Origin: Bigelowiella natans CCMP2755
Taxonomy: Eukaryota; Protista; Cercozoa
NCBI GenBank assembly: GCA_000320545.1
Contig: ADNK01002519.1
Span: forward strand, 186,001 to 250,000
Direction of reading: 5' to 3'
Length of the DNA stretch: 64,000 nt
The position numbers and the translations under genes were made by a program. The notes under the pieces were generated by a model. That model was not told the DNA's origin and made no database searches. It saw only the letters and a list, made by a program, of their open reading frames with translations. How positions within the stretch are numbered: the stretch's first letter is position 1; each line of letters starts with the position of its first letter. Below, piece after piece: positions 1 to 13,227 of this stretch.

Positions 1-666
1 TAATCTTAACGTAAGCCTGTGCTGTTGCCAGCCGCAGTTTGCATAAATCTCGCTGAAACTTTCTATGCATTTCGACGGGCTGGTCTTGTTCCCTCTTCAT
101 CTGCTCTACGAAGAGCTTGGTCTTCTGTGGAACATCAAGTGGATTCTGCGACTCCTTGCGTTCCTATGTGCAATGCAATGGCGAGTAATAAACGCTTAAT
201 ACGCCAAAGAAATCCAGCCAAGGAAAAGAGAAGCTTGTCTATGTCCAATAGGAATTCGCGTATGATTCCCTTTTGAACGTCCACAGGAGAACTTGAATGA
301 TATATATGAACGAACATTTTCTGCACACTATCCGTACTGCTGTCGTCATAGAGTCCACGCGCATGATGTGTGTATGCATGTACGTATGTGTCTTAAGCAG
401 GGCGTTCAAACTAGGCACCTGCGACTTTTTCTCTTCTGGGTCCAACTCAAGCTTTGCCTGAAAACAACATCAACACAATAAATAACGATAACCAGCCCTC
501 CAAAAGCGGTGATATTGTACGAGTAGTCAACACAGTGCGTGCTGCTACTGGTATATATATTTACAACGATTACTATTATCGGATTCTATTGAGCAGCAAT
601 CGATGACCTGTCGCCTAAGCATCTTCACGGACAAAGCTCGGTTTCGATGAGCAATCAGCAACGCTC

Positions 667-702
<36 letters not shown>

Positions 703-2150
703 GAGCATCAATAGACGTAACATGATTTAAGAAAATGCACAAAGTTTTACCCGCTTCACGACCGAAAGGACCGAAGATTAGACCTGAGGTGAATGGTGAA
801 GATTTGACACAAGATTTAGTCTTCAATGAATGTATTAAATGTGGTATTATCCTTAATTCCCAAGCTTACCAGTGATAGCCGTTTTGCATTTGATTGTAGA
901 GATTAAGTCGCGCTTATTATACAACCGAATTTCTCCTGAATTGAACAGAAACGAAGCTTAACGAGAGAGATTGCAGCATTGATGACGCAGCTGATACGAT
1001 TCAGATTCACGATGATGATGGTAGTGTGAATGACTCTGAACTAACCATTTCCCAATCCAACTATGATCCCTTCGAAATTGCGCATCTGAGCAAGAGCGAG
1101 TTTAGGACAACAAAGCATTCTTCACGCAACAACATGACTCTCACATGCACGCAGCCCCTCGTTTACCTTTGTAAGTCTCATTTCGCAGAGGTTGGTCACT
1201 GGTGCTGGGAAGTAGATGGAATAGTTTATTTTCCCCTGTTAGATAGCAGCAGCAGCCAAAGGCACATAAATATTAATAAGGAGCATTCCGTGAGGCGTAT
1301 GGAGAGCATCTTGAATTACAGCTCTGCAATTACCTTAAAACCATAGCTATGCATTGAGCAATTCATGGTTGCAATGATGATGTCCTAAACAACAATGTAG
1401 AACGGAGGGATGGAAGAACAGAGTCAACGAAAGAGTAAAAGCGCAGGGGAAATTAAGAAATGTGTTGGGAAGGAGGAGGGCGCTGATTGCAATATCATCC
1501 TGGTATCAGCAATGATGACCACCTTATCGATTATCCGCATATCTACGATTTGGGTCTCCATCTCAATAACACGTCCGGTTAGAGTAGCTTTCTAAGCAAG
1601 AGAAAGATGGAGGAGGGAGAAAAGACAATCAGTTATCAAGGAATAAGCTGGTTTTGGATCACAACCACACACACAGATCATCATCATCACCCAACATTCT
1701 CATTTTCATCAGCATCATCATCAGCAGCAGGACCTTTATTGTGTAAACTGTTGCATCCCTACAGGCTACGATGATGCGGTGCTCTCCGTTATATGTGCCT
1801 ATTGGTGTAATAGCAATTGTGAGGAGTGTCAGGGGGATGATGATGGTGGTGGTGATGATGATGGCGATATGGCGAACTCAATCGAAGGATGAGTTGGAAT
1901 ACCCTTCAACGTTCTCGTGGTCTCTCGAGCAAAAACACTATGAAGCCAATGTAGCCTTCGCGTAAGGCGGCGAGTGCTCATGTTTATGTTTATGTGATGT
2001 GATGTGTGTGTGTGTGTGTGTGTGTGGATGATCGAAATTGATAGTAGAACCTTTGGCCCGGGCAACGATGGGAACAGCCGGTAACAATATCTTTATGATA
2101 ATAATGTTTAGCATGTGATGTAGATAAGAGGGGTGAATAAGTTTTCGAGC

Positions 2151-2196
<46 letters not shown>

Positions 2197-2481
2197 CCCA
2201 TCATATGATTAATCTTCTTCACACATACACGAGCGCATGCACGCTCATTAGGAACTAACCGTCTTGATGATTTTGAATTGTTTTGGCTCAACAATGTGCA
2301 CGTTCTTACTTTCCGTACAGACCACCTTTTTGGAGAGGAGGAGATGTGATGATAAATAATGATAAAGTTATCAAAATTGTCGGCTGCTGCAATGTTGGAA
2401 CTGCTCAGCGACGATGGCAGCAATGATCACAGTGATACAAATTTAAGTACCTATAACAAAGTGCGAAACGCAAAGGTGCAA

Positions 2482-2558
<77 letters not shown>

Positions 2559-3196
2559 AGAAGGCGTGGGGGGGAGAGAAATCCCCGCACTTCCTTTACT
2601 CAGTACCAGCATTGAGATTGCATTTTCTTGTTCTATATCCTCATAGAGAGTGCACATACACGTAACACAGGTGGTCTAAGATGAAAGTGGGGGAAAGGGG
2701 AAGGGAAGGGCATCTCAGATGTGATGGTTGAAGCTAATCTTGATGTACGGTGTGTGGACCTGGTTCTGATAAGTCTCTTTGCACTTCTCCGCAAATTCGC
2801 CTAATTTCTTCGCATCTTCTATCGAGAGTATATCTATTGAGTTTCGAGTAAGATTAATGCCACGGTCCTGAGAATAATGATGGTTTTTATGAAGCCATGC
2901 ACGTTCGAAGAATGCAAATCCATGCTCACCCTTAAATCCTTCAGCTCAGTTTTTAGCATTTCAGAGGTAATTTCCTGAAATACAAATAGTCATTGGAAGA
3001 TAATAAACTACATATCGATAGTTGTGACAATTCACATTTTTTTTAGGAAAAATCTTGGAGTACCCCTCCTTTGAATGAATCCCATGGTGCTTTTTCAGCT
3101 TCTTCAAGTGTAAGAGGTGGCAGATCAAGTTGCCAATAGGGTTTGTTCATTCTGTGCATCCAAACAGAAGATCCAGCAGCCACTGCCAAAGGAAGA

Positions 3197-3275
<79 letters not shown>

Positions 3276-3354
3276 GCGAAAATTAAAGAGTTTTCACACA
3301 AAAATCTCATCTGGTTGCCTCACTATTTTCCCTCTTCCTTTTTCTTATCTTGTA

Positions 3355-3409
<55 letters not shown>

Positions 3410-3975
3410 GTTATAAACAATCAAGATGAATTACTAACTATTTAAACCTAAGGTACCACCTGCTATAATAGGGACTTTTCGGTCAGATGATGTGTGATAA
3501 AAAGCTGCTATCGAGCTTGGTTGCGCCACGAGAGGATAGCTCTTCAACCATGAAGTTCCTGGCAGATAATCACACAAGCAACTGTAAAGGAAAAACCAAA
3601 TAATACACACGAGAATTGTGGCATCATCATCTACCGTTCAGCGTGCGAAGTTTTCGTCCTGCGTCCGCAATAACAAGCTTGTACTCTCCATCTAATATCA
3701 TACGAGGGGGCACCAGTCAATTATCGTGTGTTGTGTGTGCGTGTGATATATTTATTCAGTAGCAGCAAAGAATAAAAAGTAGACTGGAGGGAATAAATTT
3801 GTACTCTAATGGGAAGCAGGCAATGACAACAGCAAACATCATCGTTACAATGCAGTTAGTTATTACATCCTTCGACATCGGCCAGGCATAAACACTCGGA
3901 GTAGGCCTTTATGTTTGCTACGGCGTCATGATGGGCGTTCAACCATACGCTCTTATCTCTCTCTGTGGAAGTCAT
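1..3975 (-). CDS. BBS1: Bardet-Biedl syndrome 1 protein (BBSome subunit), multi-exon, 3' end runs off the window start
   Basis: Minus-strand exons flanked by GT/AG read MTSTERDKSVWLNAHHDAVANIKAYSECLCLADVEG, VVCTESKNVHIVEP, HRIIVACRDATVYTIK, YSIYFPAPV, GEIRLYNKRDLISTI, GLIFGPFGREAG, LSVKMLRRQAKLE and PLDVPQKTKLFVEQMKREQDQPVEMHRKFQRDLCKLRLATAQAYVKI. All are recognisable BBS1 blocks in the correct order. Confidence 0.93.
3201..3272. repeat. Compound (TA)n(TG)n microsatellite, representative of dozens of intronic (CA/TG)n, (CT/GA)n, (TA)n, (CAT/ATG)n, (TAG/CTA)n and poly-C/G tracts across the window
   Basis: Directly visible. Most such tracts lie inside GT-AG introns of the genes listed here. 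Confidence 0.95.
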
Positions 3976-4442
3976 AGGGTTTATCTGACTGAATGACTGC
4001 CAACTCAGGGAGGATTGGGTTGGGGGAGAGGTTGAGGAGAAGTTTTTTTCCCATTGATTAAGAGCTAAATTCGTAAAAATACCTGTAAAAATACAAAATA
4101 CGACTAAGATTCTATCCGACGACAACAACTTGATGTTTTTAATGGTCAATCACCTCAGCTCAGAGATTCGAGTGATGTCGTTAGGGGAAAATATTCTACA
4201 TTTCTTTGGAAAATTTGGCACGAGTGACTGTGAACTCAACGTCTCAAAAGCCACCTGTGATGTTGTCGCAGGGCTAAAACGCCATGTAAAATATTGTCGT
4301 AGGGACAAGCTGATGCCCACCTTTTCTTCGAACAGAGCACGCATCCAGAGCACGCGTCCATTGCCATATACAACACACAGACTCATAATAGGTTGTTTGT
4401 TTGTTGATCGACTGAGGCACAGTTTATACACACTAACATTTG

Positions 4443-5444
4443 ATGACTTCCACCCCGAAAACGGATGAGAAGGTGGACCAGAAAGAGAAAGGCTATGTGC
4501 CTCCGTTCAAAGGAACCGAGGAATTCAAGTACATATCGCTAGATACTGAAGGAGAGGCCTTGAAGCAACTTCTAGCAGAAAAAAACATTTCAAATCCGAC
4601 GAGCATCATGGCGCCTGAAATACAGCGCATTCGGTATATTAGAGGATATGAAACCTTCAAAGATCCGAAGAAGGTAAGTCAAGAAAAGTATAAGGCAATG
4701 GTGGACTGGAGGCAAGAGAATAAGGTCGACGATGCACTTCTGTCGAAACCAAAAGTTTGGAAACTTTACAATAAGGTCTTTTTTTCTTACGTCTACGGAC
4801 GTGACAAAAAGGGTCACCCAGTGGCATATGAAAGACTCGGAAAACTCGAGCCAGAAAATATCCTCGAGATTGGCGACGAGAATATTATTGAATGCACTAT
4901 AAGATTCCTCGAGGAACTTAATAAAATAATGACGGATATATCACAAAGCAGAGAAAGACCATGCATCAAGCACGTACATGTTATTGACCTAGAAGGTTTC
5001 GGGTGGAAGCACATGAAATCAAAATTTCGTGGTATCATCAAAAAAATTATGGAGCTCTCAGATAAGTATTATCCAGAAACTCTCGAAAAACTGTTCATTT
5101 TAAACAGCTCGATGCTCTTTCGTACACTATGGGCCGTCCTTTCTCCCTTTGTCCACCCACTAACGCGTGCACGAATTGTAATGTTGGGCTACGATAAAAA
5201 TACAAATTTAAAAGCATTGAGCGAATTCATTGATGTGAACCAAATTCCAAAGTTCCTCGGTGGCAGAAATGAAGAGCCACTTCGGGGTATCTGTGAGATT
5301 GAGTTCGATGATATTGATTACTCGACAGAGCCAGCTACCTGGAAATCTAGTTCCAGGGACCTGCGTGCTTTGTATCATTTTCGGGTGAGTGATAAGACTA
5401 GGGAAAGCCTGGAAGCTAACAGTGACAATCGTATGCTAAATTAA
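4443..5444 (+). CDS. Sec14-like CRAL-TRIO lipid-binding protein, apparently intronless
   Basis: 333-aa ORF from ATG 4443 with motifs RYIRG, MVDWR, GRDKKGHPVAYERLG, VIDLEGFG, YYPETLEKLFILN, PFVHPLTRARI and IPKFLGG. Confidence 0.92.
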   Translation: MTSTPKTDEKVDQKEKGYVPPFKGTEEFKYISLDTEGEALKQLLAEKNISNPTSIMAPEIQRIRYIRGYETFKDPKKVSQEKYKAMVDWRQENKVDDALLSKPKVWKLYNKVFFSYVYGRDKKGHPVAYERLGKLEPENILEIGDENIIECTIRFLEELNKIMTDISQSRERPCIKHVHVIDLEGFGWKHMKSKFRGIIKKIMELSDKYYPETLEKLFILNSSMLFRTLWAVLSPFVHPLTRARIVMLGYDKNTNLKALSEFIDVNQIPKFLGGRNEEPLRGICEIEFDDIDYSTEPATWKSSSRDLRALYHFRVSDKTRESLEANSDNRMLN

Positions 5445-5639
5445 TGAAATGAATGAAGATGGTTGACATTTGGACATGGCTGTGGAAAATCTCCAAAAAA
5501 TACGAAGATGCGATGATGACGATGGAATAAATCATTTGTAGCACTTGCTCCCCAAGATCAAAAACTGTGCCGTTGCAAAATACAACCATTCAACTTTGCT
5601 CAATAATTTTGAGTAAGTCATGCTGAAAACGCGAAACTG

Positions 5640-5756
5640 TACCAACAAGGTGTCCGCTATATGTATAGAATGTGCAGTGGATACCATACATGTCCACCGC
5701 GTACATGCGTTCACAACAGCCACGTGGCCACGTTTGCTCGATCCATCTGCCGTACG

Positions 5757-5791
<35 letters not shown>

Positions 5792-6140
5792 GTAACTACA
5801 TACACAAACAACATCACAACTGGAAACATGCGCTCGCCTGGCTTGCGAGAGATGTTAATTGTGGACGCAATATTCACAATACGCAATATAAACATCATGA
5901 ATAACAATATGCCAGGTGTGGCTGTTCGTTGCATGTGCGTTAGGTGTCATGCTCCCAGTGCATTTGCATATATACATATACATAGGGCTCTGGGTTTGGG
6001 AGCACAACGCATGCACACATTCATCGGCATGCATGCAGACAATAATGTAATTTCCGGACCAAAAGCATTCATCACAAAAGTTGTGCAATCCTCACTTCAT
6101 CAATGATGGCATCATTTATTACATGCACAGTCAATGCACT
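5640..6140. terminator. Palindrome/purine-pyrimidine-alternating tract between convergent gene 3' ends (putative termination region)
   Basis: Dense TGCA, CATG, GCATGC and CACGTG words between the CRAL-TRIO stop and the SH3-MARVEL stop. Function is inferred from position only. Confidence 0.35.
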
Positions 6141-6374
6141 TCGACGATGATCCCTACAAATCTTTCGAATTCATGTCGCCTGTGCAAGTAAGCATGCGCG
6201 TGCTGCGTGTCTTCCACGTATAGTCGACAATTCCGAAGCGAGTGCCATGCAGAGCTAAGACATTGAACTGACCCCTTCCCTTGAAACGAATTTTAATACC
6301 CGGCGCATCATTACTTTCTATAGTACACCTTTCCCCGATTTCCACAACATCAATTACTTCGAATGCAAACTCGA

Positions 6375-7482
6375 TCATTGCAACTCAACTGCTCCGGGTT
6401 TCTTCGGGGCTTCCTTGAAAAGCCTCCAGGAGATTATGGAACTCCCCATCAGCAACATGAAAGTTAGGAACGCGAATATCTGTTTAATACCGTTTTAAAC
6501 ACGCATGGTTAATTCATTGCCATTTGCTGAGTTGGGATCTAGAAATAATACCCCTCCAGCTTTTGCTTTGGAAGAATTGTCCAGGGTCCGAGCTCGTTCC
6601 AGAGCAGCTGCCATGGCAGAGAGGAGAATAATAGCTGCAATCCCATCTCCAAATGCTTCCTGGTGGGACCACAACTAACTTTAATTACCGCAGAGGTTGA
6701 AAAAAAGTAATTTAGTACCATAAGATTGAATGGATTCTGATGAATGCACAGGAATGAAGTCCATCTGGCCTCCACGTAGCATATGTACAAAGAAATGATG
6801 ACGAGGACGTATACAAAAATGACAACTCCAATTCCAACGAGAGCGCGGAACTCGCTGTAATCAGCATAGCTGTCTTGTTCTGATGCGAGCCCAAGGCTAA
6901 CGATGATGCTCGCCTGTAATGATAATGATGTGCTCAGTAAGCATTTATGTAGTTTCAAGAAATCAGCAATATCACCATCTGCAACAGCCTAATAATCATC
7001 CGAAGTCTACGATCTCTGTAGGTGCTCCTGAAAGCTCCAAGCCAAGAGTTATCATCAGCATCACTTGTCGCAGAAAATCCAGCACCCTGACCCTTGTTTG
7101 CAGAATTTACGGAGGGAGTGGTAGCTTCGCTCTGGGTTGTTAAAAGTTGTTAACAACCTACCGGATCAAAGGAAACGAGTGGATAAATTGTACCGGTTCC
7201 TCAACACGAACAAAATTGCTTGGGAAGTTGCCGATTTGAGTTTCTCCATCTGTTCCCTAGATTGATGTCAACATTGTAATGCTTTGTTGTAATAGTAAAA
7301 TAGGTCAGGAACACTAATATTCAGCAACACACCTTGATCTCCCCCGTCCACCAACCAGTTTCATGCTTCTCCAAAACCTTGATCCGATCACCCTGCTGGA
7401 AGGATATTTCGTCCGGGTGCTGCTTATCGTACGCGTACATGGCGGTGACATATATCTGCTGCGGCTGGGTTTTGGTCTCCAT
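6375..7482 (-). CDS. N-terminal SH3 domain + MARVEL/CASP-like four-transmembrane protein (spliced)
   Basis: Exon 1 METKTQPQQIYVTAMYAYDKQHPDEISFQQGDRIKVLEKHETGWWTGEIK joins in phase to GTDGETQIGNFPSNFVRV (a canonical SH3). Later exons IIRLLQM|ASIIVSLGLA..YSEFRALVGIGVVIFVYVLVIISLY|EAFGDGIAAIILLSAMAAA|IFAFLTFMLLMGSSIISW give four TM helices in a MARVEL-like pattern. Stop TGA at 6375-6377. Confidence 0.82.
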
Positions 7483-7905
7483 CGTGTGCCCCGCCCCCTT
7501 CCGATGACCACTGACACTGACGTATCTTGTGAGTTCGCTGTTTGTTTTTCTCCTCTATTTTTAGATTAAAAAACCATGTCGTAACATTGGAATTCATGCC
7601 GTTGTTATAATTTTAGGTGATTGAATGCGCTATTCAAACCAAGCAGTTTGAACGTCGTGAGAAATCCTGTCGCGACTGGGATACAATGGTTATTTTGTTA
7701 TGATTTAGTCGGCAAAACATCGTACGACATTCTTGACTGGCAGATGATGGAATGTTCTTCTGCAACAACAATGCCAACAATGTGCGACAACTAACTAAAT
7801 AACCACATCGGCAGAGCAGTGCAGTACTCGTAGATCGCCCCCCCCGCCAACCCCAGCCCCCAGCATCGAAACTAGGGGAGAACAAGGCTCCCCAGGTGGC
7901 AAACG

Positions 7906-10360
7906 TTGGGAGCTCATCGCACACCGCTGAAAGGCGGCGGCGCCATTCTTAAAATCAACATCGTCATTTATGCGACAATTATAGCAGCACGCAGCGACAC
8001 TGCTGTGGTCGCTACGGAGCCTCTGCTGGAGCCTGCTCAAATCCACATTCGGGAATCAAACCCTTCTCAGGAATCTTTCCATCATCGCCGTAGTTATAAT
8101 CGTCAACTTCGTAGCAGCAACAGCCAGAACAGAAACCGAATGCGAAGTAGTATTCGCTGCCGCAGAAACATAGAAGTCTGCGGATTGACAGGGGGGTGGA
8201 TTCACAGGGACGACGAGATAAAGACGTTCTCTGCCCTTGATGTCTTCGACCCGAAAAGTTCCACTTTTGACAATTTTGTGAAGCCTGGGAGGAGGAACAA
8301 GACCTGGAGACTCACCTTAGAAAATGACGACGAAGATCTGCTACCGACGAAGAGGGGCACAGTCCTGCCCGATGAAAACATCAAACTAAGGCCATACCGG
8401 TGCTTCGAAAACAATATTGACATCATACTGGTTATTAATTCCTTGATCAATATGATGCTACGACAGGTCTCACAAGGATAAGATGAGGCGAAAATTGGAA
8501 AGAAGACTGAAAAGACGTCCTCTCAAGGTTATCCGCTATGTATTGTAACAACACAACAATTTCACGTACAACATGGATCTGCTGTACTCTTCTCTTAGGA
8601 ACCGACTCCAGGGCACGAAGATGATAATATATTTGATAGCGATTTCTCCCAGACTGATCTGTCGAGTGAGGGCGGCATCATGTGGACTTCGGAAGTAGTT
8701 TCCACACTAGTAGAAGTTGTAGTAAATCATGCAATAATATGGTGAGGAGCAGAAAGCATGCGTGATTTTCCTCCTGTTAAGTCGCAGAATCAACCCAACA
8801 ATTAAGTAGATACGAATAAGAAATAAGGAATCCTCAAGGAGCAATCCCTCAATATAAGCATCATCAAATGACGATCTATTAGGCTGCTTTGAGCACGGAG
8901 AATACGGATACCGACCGAGGGCCTGAAAGGGAAGGGGGGCTCGCCTTTGACCACATGGTACAGCACCTTGCATGCGGCGAAGCGACTCCTCTCAATATCG
9001 TTGACATTATGATCATTATAATCCAAAACTCCGCCCCGGCAGATCGATGAGGAGAACGTCTTAACAGAACGACGAGTAGCTAAGATGATGCGCCGGATGA
9101 ACATCACGGACCCCTACGAGCGCTATGTAGCAAAACTTACTTACTTGTATTATCGGCATCTCTTGAAATGATGCCTTGCCCCCCCCCCCCCCCCTCCTAT
9201 TATATGCATTAACTCACTCGCGACTATAGAAGGAATAACAGTTCATTTCCATGCTCATCATTATCATCATCATCATCATCATTATATTAATCGCAACTTC
9301 ATATTGCTCTTTTTGATCTGAGCATGTGTTGGAATCTGTCTTATGCAGAAAAACGTTTTCTCCTCTCTTCCTCAAATGAGTGCGAAACCTTACAAGTTTC
9401 CAAAGGTAACAGGGGGGACATCTCACACCTTAAGCACCTTCTCTCTCCCTGTCTTGAGGCATGCTATGCTTTCAGCAGATATTATCCTTAAGATACATTC
9501 GATTGTGATAAGGATTTCCTTGACGATGGTGCTTTTAGAACGTCCACATGATAAGCTCCTTTGATGAGCTGCGAAAAGTCGTGGAATTATCGAAGGATGA
9601 AGGGTGAGTGTGCGAAGGCAACCATTCTCGCAGAGCAATAATGAGAACCTGTGTTATGCTCATACAGACAGCTACACTCTATCTGATTGTTTAATTTTGT
9701 ACTTTCCTTCTCCATCTCTCCGCCCCCTTCCCTTCCCTGACATAGGCAACCGAACGTGACGGTTTTGGTGTTCATGAGCTATCACATAAAGTTCAGACAA
9801 CAATGCAAAATGTACGCACCATTCATCGAAGAAGCTGCTCGTTATCAGACGAATCCGGCCATGTGAGTAGTAGTTACTATTACCTTCATCATCGTCGATG
9901 TAACACAACCAACTGATATCTCCAATAGCAGCAGCTATAACAATAACAAGAACAACACTAATATTAGTAATCACGTAGATATGGCATCGTAGACGTGGGC
10001 AAATTTCCCCTCCTTATGCGTGCATCAGGATCTAGGTAAAGTTTAGATAACTTCTATTTCCATCCACAACTATTACTTCGATGAAGGCTATATGATCATC
10101 ATTGATATCCTCTCCGCCTACATTATTGCAACAACTACTACTACTACAATATCATCAGAATCTTCCCGTACACGCACATATACGTTCGTGGAGTCAAGAA
10201 ATTCGACTTTCCAGGGCACGTGAACACCATTTTGATGTACTACACGGCCTACGCGTGCGATGAAGCGGACCCGTAAGAGATATAAAGCATTTTATTTTTG
10301 TTAATATTTACACGCGAAGCGAATTGTCCACAAGGACTTGCGGTGCAGTGCGTTGTTCCT

Positions 10361-10394
<34 letters not shown>

Positions 10395-10821
10395 CAGTAC
10401 TACTACCGCTACAACTACAACTACCACTTCTCCTAATATACATCGCTGCATTTCTTCTTCAATCCTTCTTAGGAGCCGTCTGGAGCAGTATCCTGATGAA
10501 TGGATCGAAATAGAGGACAAAATGAAGGACGAAGAAGGAGAGGAAGGTGGTAACATGGGAGGCCTGGCAGGAGCTCCTGACAATGCTAGAGATCCGACGA
10601 ACATGAGGCCCCAAGATGCTATTCTTGGACAGGATGATCCTGATTTAGATCCGAGCTTTTGGGATGGTCAACCAAAAGGATCCATTTATGACGGGGGAGA
10701 TAGGCCCTTCCAAGATGAAGATGGTTCCGAATCTGGAGGGGGGAGGCAAAAAGGTCAGGGGCAGCAGAGGTCGCCATTTGGCAATATCAACGACGGGCTG
10801 GATTCTTTTGATGCGTACTGA
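7906..10821 (+). CDS. Multi-exon protein with an atypical thioredoxin-fold domain and an acidic C-terminal tail; 5' end unresolved
   Basis: Exons VTVLVFMSYHIKFRQQCKMYAPFIEEAA|IYGIVDVGKFPLLMRASGS|RIFPYTHIYVRGVKKFDFPG follow the thioredoxin pattern. The last exon (about 10472-10821) is D/E/G-rich. Confidence 0.65.
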
Positions 10822-10849
10822 AGAAACAGGAGTCTTCATAGCTGACAAT

Positions 10850-11280
10850 TGCACGCGCGTATACAGCTTTGCAGCAGCCCAACAAAGGCACACATAGATT
10901 ATTTGTATGTTCAAGCAAATGAATACCATGAATCACGACACGACAGGTCGACACAGTATAGACTAATAGAAGGTACAAGCTGAGCTAGCTAAGCATGCAC
11001 AACGCCATTGTTAGTACAAGCCACGCATACTGCGCTAGTGCGCTGTATATATACATCGTCTCGCTGGTCTAAGCCAGTGTGCCCGGCATATTACAAATGG
11101 CACGCATGCCAGTAGCGACACACGCACAGTACACACACATTACTTCTAGATACTAGGAATGCTAGTAAAATAAGGACAACGCTTGACAAATCATTAATTT
11201 ATAAAATGTTGATGAAGCGTAAGCACATGCTTTCCGTGCACGTGTCACTATAGCTACTGAGGTTTTCATATGCCGGCTAC
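10850..11280. terminator. Palindrome/RY-rich tract between convergent gene 3' ends
   Basis: TGCACGCGCGT, AGCTAGCT, GCATGC, TGCGCTAGTGCGC and GTGCACGTG words between the thioredoxin-like stop and the RTEL1 stop. Confidence 0.35.
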
Positions 11281-11288
11281 GTCATTAT

Positions 11289-13191
11289 TCAGCATCTACT
11301 TATAGCCCTTGAGCGAAACCGTGCCAAACAGCGAGAGTAAAGAGGGCCTACTAGTTCATTTGCTTGAACATATTTTCCGAATAGATCAGCCATCTTTTCC
11401 CGGCTGGGCTTCATTAGAATTGGAATGACTTTGTCACTTAACAAATTTGCCACCTTTTCTTTATACTGAATTCCCCCGGATTTGGTCAATTTGAGAACAT
11501 TTTGTAGCGCTGCGAAGAATTGCGAGGTTTCTTCCTTGGAAAAGTTTCTCTTCGCCTGGGATACCAAGATTTTTAAATCTTTTGAATTTCTAGACTTGGA
11601 TTTAGAGGAGGAGGAGGAAGCAGATATCTTGGCACATTTTCGATGATGGTCAATTTGTGATGATGTTTGAACAAGCCTTCCACGCGAGGAGTATGACGAT
11701 GATGACGATGATGATGATGATGATGAGTATGCGCTGTTGGTCGCGATAGTGTTAGTAGTGGCTAGAGGAATGGGAATCGGCTCTCGGTTAGGAGGAATAT
11801 CACGTAGAGCCATGGGTCTGGGCCTTCTACTCATGGACGACGATGATGATAATGATGATGATAATGATGATGACGATGATGCCGTTATAGTCTTTCTGCT
11901 GGTGTTGGTGGTGCTGCTACTACTGTGCTTTCGCTTTAATGATAGGGACTTTGCCAAAGAGTGTGTATTCCGCCGAGAGCCATCCTTATCTGATTTCCGA
12001 CTCTGGAGGGGCACATGCAGCATCGTCTCCGCCAGGAATTCTTGCTTTGTTTTCTTCGCTTCTTCAGCGTTGGTGTCGTTTTGTTTGCTCATCTGTACAG
12101 CTTGGATCAAGCTTATCGGCCTTGTAGCAGAAGCAACAGCAGTGGTAGTTGGGCTGCTGTGCTCGCTGCGACGGCTATTTTCTCCATTGCTGCTCCCAAA
12201 GTTCTTTTTCATTTTCTTGAAAATGTCGAAGTCCTGCTGTAACACCTTTTTGGTAAGTTTCCGCTGGTTGTTGTTCAGAAATGCAGCCGTTTGCCGTCTT
12301 CTTCGTTCTTCTTCTCTTTGTTGGCCACGTGTGTAATTAGAAGGGTTCACCTTTGCCGACCCTCCTCCTCCTCCTTTTTTGTCCTCCCCTGCTCTATTAT
12401 CTAGCCCTAAAGTCCTTACATTTTTGAAAAATTGTGTTACGGATCGGAGGCAGCTCCCAAAAGAACTTTGAGATTGCAGGTGCGGTTTTAACCAAAGGGA
12501 TAACGTGTCGCGCACGTTTTGTCTGGAAAAACGATGGTCACACAAAACAACCGCGCCGAAGTCGAAGCGATGGCGTATTACACGGCCAACAGCCTGATTT
12601 ACCGCACAAGCAGCTTGGTGGAGATACCATTGATTCCCGGACATCTTCAATGAAGACGATAATGACGATGCCGTGGCAGTTTTTTTGTACTGTTGTTTGT
12701 CCATTATCTGCATCTTTATTCGAACGCGGAGGTCCATCGAATTAGGATAAGGGATTCCTACAACAACCACCGCACGGCATTGTCTCCCGGAAAAATCCAT
12801 ACCCTCGCTGCTCTTACCACGGCACACAGCGAAGAGCATAGCACCGGATTTAGACGGATCTTCCACCTGGAATTAGTTGCTTCTTCATCATAGGAATAAT
12901 ACAATCATCATCATCGTCATCATCATCATCATCAACAACATAATGAAACAATAAATAGACCAAGTCGGTCAGTTATTAAGAAAGTGGAATTGAAAACAAG
13001 TCTTATAAATGTTTGGGTTGACACCCCCCACCACCATAAACCACCACCATCACCACCACCTTGGCTCGGTAGGAGTCCATTGCAGGAGCAAATTGCGATG
13101 AGTGCCGGGGCTCAACCACGACGAACTTATGCTTCTCCATCTGGATGAAAGCAGGTGGTGGTGGAGGAGTGAGAAGAATTCAGTGAAGGTA

Positions 13192-13227
<36 letters not shown>

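Noticed and set aside
1829-3429. Many short ORFs with CVCVCV, THTHTH, ERERER, YIYIYI or MMMM runs, here and throughout the window
   Set aside because: Translations of intronic microsatellites, not proteins.
5640-6140. Z-DNA as the explanation of the convergent-junction RY tracts
   Set aside because: Convergent transcription builds positive supercoiling, which disfavours Z-DNA, and uninterrupted alternating runs are short. Left open, but not favoured.
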